The translations under genes and the position numbers were made by a program. Source: a bacterium (lineage in GTDB: Bacteria; UBA8248). Taken from it: a stretch of 64,000 nucleotides of DNA. The stretch lies in NCBI GenBank assembly GCA_965219955.1, contig OZ244799.1, positions 1,152,001 to 1,216,000 on the forward strand, given 5' to 3'. The notes beneath the pieces were generated by a model. The model did not search any database and was not told where the DNA came from. It worked only from the letters and a program-made list of their open reading frames with translations. This document shows, in pieces, positions 57,099-64,000 of the stretch. How positions within the stretch are numbered: the stretch's first letter is position 1; each line of letters opens with the position of its first letter.

Positions 57099-58445
57099 TC
57101 AGAGAATCGAGAGGTATTTGTTGAGTTCGAAATCCGAGACATGGGCGCGATAGGGCGCCCATTCGAGTTTTTTGTTCTCGATGAACTTATCGAACAACTG
57201 GTTTCCGAACACGCCTTTCAGAAAATTGCTCTGCTCGGCCAGCATGGTGGCCTCCCGCAGGTTCCCGGGCAGGCTTTTGATGCCTTGTTTCTTGCGCCTC
57301 TCCTCGCTCATCTCGAACACGTTCTCCTCCACGGCGGGGACCGGGGGCAGGCCTTCCTCGATTCCCGCCATTCCGGCCGCCAGCATGCAGGCGAACGCCA
57401 GGTAGGGGTTGCACGCCGAGTCCGGCGAGCGCAACTCGATCCGCGTGTCGGATTCCATGCCCTTGCGCGTGCTGGGGATGCGGATCAGGTCGCTGCGGCT
57501 CTTGTGGGCCCATGTGACGTAGGCGGGCGCCTCGAAACCGGGGACGAGTCGTTTGTAGCTGTTCACCCATTGGTTGAGGACGAGGGTCATCTCGGGAACG
57601 TATTTCAATAGGCCGGCGATGAACGCCTGGCACGTATCCGAGAGGCCGCCGGGCTTTTCCGGGTCATGGAACGCGTTCTCCGAACCCTGGAACAGGGAGA
57701 GATGGGTGTGCATCCCGTTTCCGTTTTCTTCGGAGAGTGGTTTCGGCATGAAGGTGGCGTAGACGCCGTGCCGCATGGCGACTTCCTTGACGACGAGCCG
57801 GTAGGTCATCGCGTTGTCCGCCATGGTGAGCGCATCGCCGTAGCGCAAATCGATTTCATGCTGGCTGGGCCCGGCCTCGTGGTGGCTGTATTCGACGCCG
57901 ATCCCCATTTTTTCGAGGTTCAAAACCGTCTCGCGCCTCAGGTCGCTCGCGATGTCCAGGGGCGTGAGGTCGAAATAGCCGCCCTGGTCGAGCGTCTCAA
58001 TCGGCAGTTCGGGGGATTTGAAATAATAGTGCTCATATTCCACGCCCGCGTAAAACGTGAATCCCTTCTGCGCCGCGCTCTGGAGCGTACGCCTGAGCAC
58101 GAAGCGCGGGTCGCTTGCATAAGGATTGCCGTCCGGGTCCTTGATGTCGCAGAACATTCTCGCGACGGCCCCGCCGTCCTGCGGGCGCCAGGGAAGCACG
58201 CAGAACGTCGTCGGATCGGGGTGGGCGAACATGTCGCTCTCCTCGATGCGCGCGAAGCCCTCGATGGCGGCTCCATCGAAGAGATGGCCCTCATAAAGCG
58301 CATTTTCCAGTTCTTCGATGGTGATGGCGAAACTCTTCAGGAACCCCAGGATGTCGGTGAACCACATGCGGATGAAACGCACGCCGAGTTCGCGGGCCTG
58401 GTTGAGTACGAAATCGCGGTCTTTATCATCGAATGCGTCAGGCAT
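57099..58445 (-). CDS. glnA: Glutamine synthetase type I (GSI-alpha-like)
   Basis: FTDILG, FDG.AIEGF, HHE.GPSQHEI, ATFMPKP...NGNGMH, NSYKRLVPGFEAP, RIELRSPD..CNPYLA. Confidence 0.94.
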   Translation of the reverse strand: MPDAFDDKDRDFVLNQARELGVRFIRMWFTDILGFLKSFAITIEELENALYEGHLFDGAAIEGFARIEESDMFAHPDPTTFCVLPWRPQDGGAVARMFCDIKDPDGNPYASDPRFVLRRTLQSAAQKGFTFYAGVEYEHYYFKSPELPIETLDQGGYFDLTPLDIASDLRRETVLNLEKMGIGVEYSHHEAGPSQHEIDLRYGDALTMADNAMTYRLVVKEVAMRHGVYATFMPKPLSEENGNGMHTHLSLFQGSENAFHDPEKPGGLSDTCQAFIAGLLKYVPEMTLVLNQWVNSYKRLVPGFEAPAYVTWAHKSRSDLIRIPSTRKGMESDTRIELRSPDSACNPYLAFACMLAAGMAGIEEGLPPVPAVEENVFEMSEERRKKQGIKSLPGNLREATMLAEQSNFLKGVFGNQLFDKFIENKKLEWAPYRAHVSDFELNKYLSIL

Positions 58446-58492
58446 TATGTACTCCAGTTGAGCCGGTGTCGCCCGGAAAAGCAATTCAGCCT

Positions 58493-58519
58493 ATATCGTG
58501 AATGTTTCGCGCCGGTTTC
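58493..58519 (-). promoter_or_regulatory. Candidate GlnR-type binding site upstream of glnA
   Basis: Minus strand GAAAC-cggcgc-GAAAC-attcac-GATAT: 11-bp periodic direct repeats. Confidence 0.5.
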
Positions 58520-58569
58520 GTGTCGGCGTTTTTTCATGGCCCCGAAAGAAGCTGCGAGGGTTTCCGGCC

Positions 58570-59232
58570 TCACGACGATTCTCCGATAAACTTGTACCCG
58601 ACTCCCCGCACCGTGGAAATAAACGAATATCCCCTGACTTCGATTTTCGAGCGAATCCGGCGAACGTGAACGTCGACAGTCCGCGGACCGCCGAGATAGT
58701 CGATCCCCCAGACGAGGTTCAGGAGCTGCTCCCTGTCGAAGACGCGCTCGGGGTTGTTGATGAGATGCTTCAAAAGTTCGAATTCGCGGTACGTCAGATC
58801 GATCAACTCGCCGTCGAGCCTGATCTCGTAGCGACTCTCGTCCAGCGACAAACCCTTGCTCTTGAGGGTACGCCCCCCTTCGGCGTCCTGAGCGGAGCCA
58901 TGGCAAAGGTTGCGGACGCGATACAAAAGCTCTTCCTCCCGGACGGGTTTTACGAGAATGTCATCGGCTTCGGTGGGCGTGCGAACGACGGCGAGGCGGT
59001 CCGGCTCGAGGATCAGGAGAATCGGCAGCGTGGTCCAGTTTTTCATTTCTGCCACTTTCGGGAGTGCCGGGGCGTCATCGAGCAGGATGAGGGCCAGGCC
59101 CCTGGCGCGCACTTCCTGCAAGGCCGTGGTTTCATCCTGCACCATTTTGCAGAAATGGCCTTCACGTCTCAGGGCGCGCCCGAGCGCGTCCGCGAATCCG
59201 TTGTCTGCCGTATAAATCAGTAGATTTGCCAA
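58570..59232 (-). CDS. Orphan OmpR-family response regulator, GlnR-like
   Basis: Degenerate receiver; wHTH DLTYREFELL...VFDREQLL..VWG.DY.GG.RTVDVHVRRIRSK; no kinase gene nearby; directly upstream of glnA. Confidence 0.85.
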   Translation of the reverse strand: MANLLIYTADNGFADALGRALRREGHFCKMVQDETTALQEVRARGLALILLDDAPALPKVAEMKNWTTLPILLILEPDRLAVVRTPTEADDILVKPVREEELLYRVRNLCHGSAQDAEGGRTLKSKGLSLDESRYEIRLDGELIDLTYREFELLKHLINNPERVFDREQLLNLVWGIDYLGGPRTVDVHVRRIRSKIEVRGYSFISTVRGVGYKFIGESS

Positions 59233-59313
59233 TCCCTGTCCCTGTCCACGAAAGCAGATCGGTTAAAAGTGCAATTTATACAGCCAGATGAGGTGAGAAG
59301 AAAAGAGGAGTTT

Positions 59314-60579
59314 TTATATGCGCGCGATCTTGTTCGTCATGTCGATCAGGCTGTCGAGGTTGTGGGCCGCCAGAAATTCATCGCAGTAGGGCAGGGCCGT
59401 TCTCATTCCCCTGTCGATGGGGCGGTAGCCGGGGCTGCCCAGAAGAGGATTGAGCCAGAAGAGCTTGTAGCAGATTTTCTTGAGGCGGTTCATTTCCTCC
59501 GCCAGCGTATCCGTATCGCCCCGGTCCCAGCCGTCCGATATGATGATGACGATGGTGCGGCTGTTCAGGATGGTTCTTCCGTATTCGTAATTAAAAGTTT
59601 TGAGACAGTTGCCGATCTGCGTGCCGCCGCTCCAGTCGTGCACCTCCATGGAGAGGCGCTTGAGGGCGGTGTTGACGTCCTTGTGGCGCAGATAGGGCGT
59701 AGCGTCCGAAAGGCGCGTGCTGAAGACGAATGTGCGCAGCGATTTGATCTCGTTCTGAAGGCTGTAGAGAAACTGAATCAGAAACTGGCTGTAGCTGTCC
59801 ATCGACCCCGATACGTCGCAGATCAGCACGATCTGGGTTTTTTGTATCTTCCTTCTCCGGCGGAAGAGTTTCAGCACCTCGCCGCCCGAGCGGACGCTCC
59901 TCTTCACGCTTCGCCTCATGTCGATTTCAGGAGAACGCATGTCGGGCCGTTTGCGCCGGCTGATTTTGGTGGCGAGCTTGGGAACGAGCTTTGCGATGAG
60001 ACGCCTGAGTTCAGCGACCTGATCCATGTTCAGCGCGGAGAAATCCTTATCCGATATGACTTCGGCGGGGCTGTAGGAGGGCACGCCCTCGTCGTCGTCT
60101 CCCTGCTCGCCGGGTTCGGCGGCGCTTTCCACGTCGTCTTCAGACGGGAGCCCCGGGTTTTCCTGTCCTTCGCCCTCGGCGTCCGACTCGCCTTCTTCCG
60201 ATGAGCCGCCGCCTTCGCTGGCCTGCCCTTCGCCTTCTTCCTCGAACTGGGTGTCTACCTGCACCGATTCGTCGCCCGTGTAGGGGTTCCCTTCCTCATC
60301 GAACCAGTACTGCCGGAATACGGCGTCGAAGATCATGCTCTCATCCTGGCTCGAGATGAGATTCGACTTGCTGGCGATATAGATGTTGTCGAGATTGGTA
60401 GCCTCGAGCGAATCGAAGCATCGGAACACGTCGATGATGCGGCCGGAAGTTATCTTGAGACCCGCGCGCCTGAGGATACGGCAAAAGCCGATCATCTCGC
60501 CCTTGAGGCCCCGTCCTTTTACGCGGATCCGGCGCTTGGGAAGGGTGCCCTGCACGATGGGACGGATGGAGGTTGCCAT
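59314..60579 (-). CDS. CoxE-like vWA domain protein
   Basis: DVSGSM, FVFSTRL, WSGGTQIG, ISDGWDRGD, WLNPL. Confidence 0.92.
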   Translation of the reverse strand: MATSIRPIVQGTLPKRRIRVKGRGLKGEMIGFCRILRRAGLKITSGRIIDVFRCFDSLEATNLDNIYIASKSNLISSQDESMIFDAVFRQYWFDEEGNPYTGDESVQVDTQFEEEGEGQASEGGGSSEEGESDAEGEGQENPGLPSEDDVESAAEPGEQGDDDEGVPSYSPAEVISDKDFSALNMDQVAELRRLIAKLVPKLATKISRRKRPDMRSPEIDMRRSVKRSVRSGGEVLKLFRRRRKIQKTQIVLICDVSGSMDSYSQFLIQFLYSLQNEIKSLRTFVFSTRLSDATPYLRHKDVNTALKRLSMEVHDWSGGTQIGNCLKTFNYEYGRTILNSRTIVIIISDGWDRGDTDTLAEEMNRLKKICYKLFWLNPLLGSPGYRPIDRGMRTALPYCDEFLAAHNLDSLIDMTNKIARI

Positions 60580-60591
60580 GGATTGCCCGGA

Positions 60592-61542
60592 TCAGGCGTC
60601 GGGCGCGAGTTGCGCCGTCGCCACCATGCTGTCGAGACCGTCACTCTCCACGCGCTTGATGTCGTCCTGGTATTTCAGGATGCAGCCGATGGTCTCCCGA
60701 ACGGCGTCGGCGTCGAGTTCATTGCGGTGCAGTGCTAGAAGCGCTTGCGCCCAGTCAAGGGATTCTGCCACGCCGGGGCGCTTGTAGAAATCCATCTGTC
60801 TCGCCTGGGTCATGAAGCGTGAAATTTGCTCCGCCAGACGATCGCTGACACCGGGCACCTTCGTGGTGATGATCTCGACTTCCTTCTCGAAGGAGGGATA
60901 GTCGACCCAAAGATACAGGCAGCGGCGCTTGAGAGCGTCGTGGATCTCGCGGGTCCGGTTGCTGGTGAGCACCACCAGGGGTTTGCTGACCGCCTGAACG
61001 GTCCCCATCTCCGGTATCGTAATCTGGTAGTCGGAGAGAATTTCCAGCAGGAAGGCCTCGAACTCCTCGTCCGAACGGTCGATTTCATCAATGAGCAGAA
61101 CCACAGGCTTTTCTTTCGAGCGCAAAAGCGCGCGGAGAAGGGGCCGTTCTATCAGGTATTGCTCGCTGAAAATGTCTTTCTCGATCTGCTTTGCGTCCGA
61201 ATCCTTGCCTTCTTCCATCTTGATGTGGAGGAGTTGCTTCGCGTAGTTCCACTCGTAGAGAGCCGAGTTCGCGTCGAGACCCTCGTAGCATTGCAGGCGG
61301 ATGAGCTCGGTATCCATCGCGCTGGCGAGCACTTTTGCGAGTTCCGTTTTGCCGACCCCGGCTTCTCCTTCGAGGAAAAGGGGTTTTTCCAGCTTCGTAG
61401 CCAGGAAGAGGGTGGTCGCCAGCGTTCTGTCGGAGATATAGTCGAGTTTTCTGAACGAGTCCTGAACGTCTTCGACGTCCGTGAATCCCTGTCCAGAACC
61501 CTTTTTCTTTTTGGTCGAGTTGGATGAGGCAGTCACGCTCAT
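60592..61542 (-). CDS. CoxD-like MoxR AAA+ ATPase
   Basis: EGEAGVGKT, RLQCYEGLD..ALYEWNY, LLIDEIDR, TSNRTREIHDALKRRC. Confidence 0.94.
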   Translation of the reverse strand: MSVTASSNSTKKKKGSGQGFTDVEDVQDSFRKLDYISDRTLATTLFLATKLEKPLFLEGEAGVGKTELAKVLASAMDTELIRLQCYEGLDANSALYEWNYAKQLLHIKMEEGKDSDAKQIEKDIFSEQYLIERPLLRALLRSKEKPVVLLIDEIDRSDEEFEAFLLEILSDYQITIPEMGTVQAVSKPLVVLTSNRTREIHDALKRRCLYLWVDYPSFEKEVEIITTKVPGVSDRLAEQISRFMTQARQMDFYKRPGVAESLDWAQALLALHRNELDADAVRETIGCILKYQDDIKRVESDGLDSMVATAQLAPDA

Positions 61543-62087
61543 TTACCTTTTCCTTTCTTCGAGGAAAGTTCTTCAGCCGCGGCCTCGATAGCGTCGATGA
61601 TCTTCACATAGCCGGTGCATCGGCAAAGATTGCCCGCGATGCCGGCCTTGATCTCATGTCGGCTGGGATTCGGGGTGAGGTCGAGCAACTCCTTCGCGGC
61701 GACAATCATTCCCGGCGTGCAGAAACCACACTGAATGGCGCCGTGCTCGATGAACTTCTGCTGTATCGGGTGGAGGTTGTCCACCGTCCCGATGCCCTTC
61801 ACGGTGGTGATCTCGCGGCCTTCCGCCTGGACGCCGAGCGCGCAGCAGGCGTTCATCGCCAGACCATCCAGAAGAATCGTGCACGCACCGCAGTCGCCCG
61901 CCTCGCAGCCGTTTTTCACCTCGGTGAAGCCCAGGTCGCGCAGCAGATACAGCAGAGTGGTGTGCGCGGGCGCTTCGGTGTTGACTTCCTGGCCGTTCAC
62001 CGAGAACGAAATGGGCAGCTTCTTGGGAGGCACGTATGCGGGTGCGCTCGATTTTCCGGTTCGCTTCGATTTGCTCGTTGTAGCCAT
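61539..62087 (-). CDS. (2Fe-2S)-binding small subunit, CoxS/XdhC-like
   Basis: GCEAGDCGACT, QCGFCTPG, NLCRCTGY. Confidence 0.95.
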   Translation of the reverse strand: MATTSKSKRTGKSSAPAYVPPKKLPISFSVNGQEVNTEAPAHTTLLYLLRDLGFTEVKNGCEAGDCGACTILLDGLAMNACCALGVQAEGREITTVKGIGTVDNLHPIQQKFIEHGAIQCGFCTPGMIVAAKELLDLTPNPSRHEIKAGIAGNLCRCTGYVKIIDAIEAAAEELSSKKGKGK

Positions 62088-62131
62088 CTTCAAGGATTCT
62101 CCAATGAAATACGCAAGAGACGATGAAGTCT

Positions 62132-62998
62132 TTAGTCGTTGTCCTGTGAAATATCCAGCGCCTGGCAGATAAGGCGACGGGGCAGAACCTCGCACATCAG
62201 CTTGCGGTATTCCGCCGATGCGCGAATGTCGTCGATTGGCGCCGCCACGGCGGCGCAGGCCTCAGCGGCCTTCTGGGCCAGTTCGAGGTCCACCACGTTG
62301 CCTTCGAGAATTTTCTCCGCTTCATAACAGCGGATCGGGGCCGCCGTAACGGAACCCAGCGAAATGCCCGCTTCCACCACCTTATTGCGCCTCACCTTCA
62401 GCACGACCGCCACACCCACCACGGTGATGGCCATCGCGTTTCTGCGGGCGAGTTTGTAATAGCCCCACTTGTGGCTTCTGCCGGGGGAGGGGAAGGTCAC
62501 GGCGGTGATCAGCTCATTCGACCGGATGGCCGTCTGGCGGTAGCCGGTAAGGAATTTGTCCAGGTCGACAGTTCTTCTGCCCTTTTCGCTCGCGAGCCTC
62601 ACCTTCGCCTTGAGGGCGAGCAGGGGTGGAACGGCGTCGGCCGCAGGCCCTCCGTCGATGATGTTGCCGGCCACCGTGGCGCGGTTGCGGATGATCGGCC
62701 CTGCGAATTTCTCCGACATCGCCGCCAGAATGGGCGCTTCCCTGAGGATGGTCTTGTTGGTCAGAAAATCCGTCATCGTCGTGAGGGCGCCCATTTTCAC
62801 CACGCCCTTGGACGAGGATATCCCCTGCAGTCCGGAGATCCTCATCAGGTCGATGACGACTTTGGCTGGCCCATCGTGCTGGTGTCTCAGGTCGGGCAGG
62901 AAATTGGTGCCACCGGCAATAAATTTTGTGCTTCTGCCTTTTGCCGCTTTTAAGGCCGCCGATATGCTTGTCGGCGCAACGAAATCAAAACCACGCAT
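62132..62998 (-). CDS. FAD-binding medium subunit, CoxM-like
   Basis: IAGGTN, IRNRATVAGN, PAAD, PIDDIRASAEYR. Confidence 0.93.
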   Translation of the reverse strand: MRGFDFVAPTSISAALKAAKGRSTKFIAGGTNFLPDLRHQHDGPAKVVIDLMRISGLQGISSSKGVVKMGALTTMTDFLTNKTILREAPILAAMSEKFAGPIIRNRATVAGNIIDGGPAADAVPPLLALKAKVRLASEKGRRTVDLDKFLTGYRQTAIRSNELITAVTFPSPGRSHKWGYYKLARRNAMAITVVGVAVVLKVRRNKVVEAGISLGSVTAAPIRCYEAEKILEGNVVDLELAQKAAEACAAVAAPIDDIRASAEYRKLMCEVLPRRLICQALDISQDND

Positions 62999-63297
62999 AG
63001 ACGGAAATTCTCCTCAATCTTCTGAATTAAAATATAGCAACGCCTGTCATGAAAACTGAAAACGATGCCGGATCATACCCGACGGAAGGGGACAAGGAAA
63101 ACGCCGGGAGTGACGTAGCCGGCCAGCGTCCCCCGGAGAACTGGCCGAACAAGTAGCTCTCACTCTCATACGGGCGGAGCCTACCCTACCAACTGCCCCG
63201 CTTTCCCGTCAAGCGAAACAGCCCTTGCGGGCCAATTTGCGCAAAGCGTAAGATTCGCTGTAAAAGTAGCATTTTTCAACAGTTGAAGGTAGTCCGC

Positions 63298-64000
63298 ATG
63301 AACGAGACAGGCGAAGCCATGAAGAGCGCAAGCGCGAAACCCGTACGGCTCGCCCTGGCGAATCTGGGGTGCAAGCTCAATCACGCGGAGGGCGAAGCCA
63401 TGAAGCACCTCTCCGCCGGGGCAGGTTTCGAACTCGTTCCGTTTGGTGAGGAAGCGGACGTCTACGTCGTCAACAGTTGCACGGTCACGGCCGAAGCCGA
63501 CCGTGAGGGCAGGCGTCTGGCGCGGCGGGCACGGCGGATTGGCGGCCCGGACGCCCGGGTCGTCATCGCGGGATGTTCCGCGCAGGCGAACACGGAGAGG
63601 ATGCTGATCCCCGAAGCCGATCTCCTGCTCGGCAACAGGGAAAAGCTGAGGCTCCCCGATGAGCTTGCCAAGCCCCGGCTGAGAGATGAAATGCCCGAAG
63701 TGCGGGTTTCTCCCATCGAGGAAAGTCCTGAAATCGAGAGCGTCGTCCTGCCCCAGTTCGGCAGCCGGACGCGGGCTTACCTCAAGGTGCAGGACGGTTG
63801 CAACTTTTCCTGTTCTTTCTGTGCGACGACCATCGCGCGCGGAGCGAGCCGCTCGCTGGATGTGGATTCATGCGTGGAGCACGCCGACACCCTCCTCTCG
63901 GGCGGACACGAGGAGCTGGTGCTCACGGGAATCCACCTCGGCGCATACGGCAGGGACAAGAAGCCGCGCAGCACCCTGAGCCGTCTGGTGAGCCGGTTGC
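63298..64000 (+). CDS. mtaB: tRNA methylthiotransferase MtaB-like radical SAM protein (3' truncated; absent from ORF track)
   Basis: LGCKLNHAE, ADVYVVNSCTVT, GC.AQ, RTRAYLKVQDGCNFSCSFC (CxxxCxxC), ELVLTGIHLG.YG. Confidence 0.88.
   Translation, partial: MNETGEAMKSASAKPVRLALANLGCKLNHAEGEAMKHLSAGAGFELVPFGEEADVYVVNSCTVTAEADREGRRLARRARRIGGPDARVVIAGCSAQANTERMLIPEADLLLGNREKLRLPDELAKPRLRDEMPEVRVSPIEESPEIESVVLPQFGSRTRAYLKVQDGCNFSCSFCATTIARGASRSLDVDSCVEHADTLLSGGHEELVLTGIHLGAYGRDKKPRSTLSRLVSRL

Noticed and set aside
62999-63297. Possible Moco riboswitch or other ncRNA upstream of the coxM-like gene
   Set aside because: Some pairing potential (GGCCAG...CTGGCC), but I could not match a known consensus; an Rfam/Infernal search is needed

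Overview
GC-rich bacterial chromosomal window from a diderm (it encodes a DcaP-type porin). The ccsA-hemACDB arrangement suggests a Nitrospinota/Deltaproteobacteria-like lineage, but this is inference only. The left two thirds are catabolic and accessory genes: Tm-1-like pair, HEPN-MNT module, flavoprotein-UbiX-FdrA-amidase operon, TAXI-TRAP and NitT/TauT ABC transporters, LLM/SDR/VOC enzymes and a molybdenum hydroxylase. The right third is more housekeeping: pyrDK, heme synthesis, thiolase/crotonase, meaB, cutA, glnA with a GlnR-like regulator, coxMSDE-like genes and mtaB. Five things the ORF track does not show: (1) a tandem rhodanese whose catalytic Cys codon is an in-frame UGA followed by a SECIS-like hairpin, i.e. 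a probable selenoprotein; (2) an intact IS110/IS1111-type element inserted into a GTAG-REP hairpin, with target and donor guide segments readable in its non-coding bridge/seek RNA region; (3) a family of non-autonomous elements with GGGSYTGTTGAAAA ends that carry REPs, insert into palindromes and are nested three deep at 12.9-13.7 kb; (4) a low-GC two-gene cassette encoding a small basic protein and an ADP-ribosyltransferase-like protein; (5) an actinobacterial-style GlnR-glnA unit with a GAAAC-N6-GAAAC box. All calls are from reading motifs by eye; no database searches were run.
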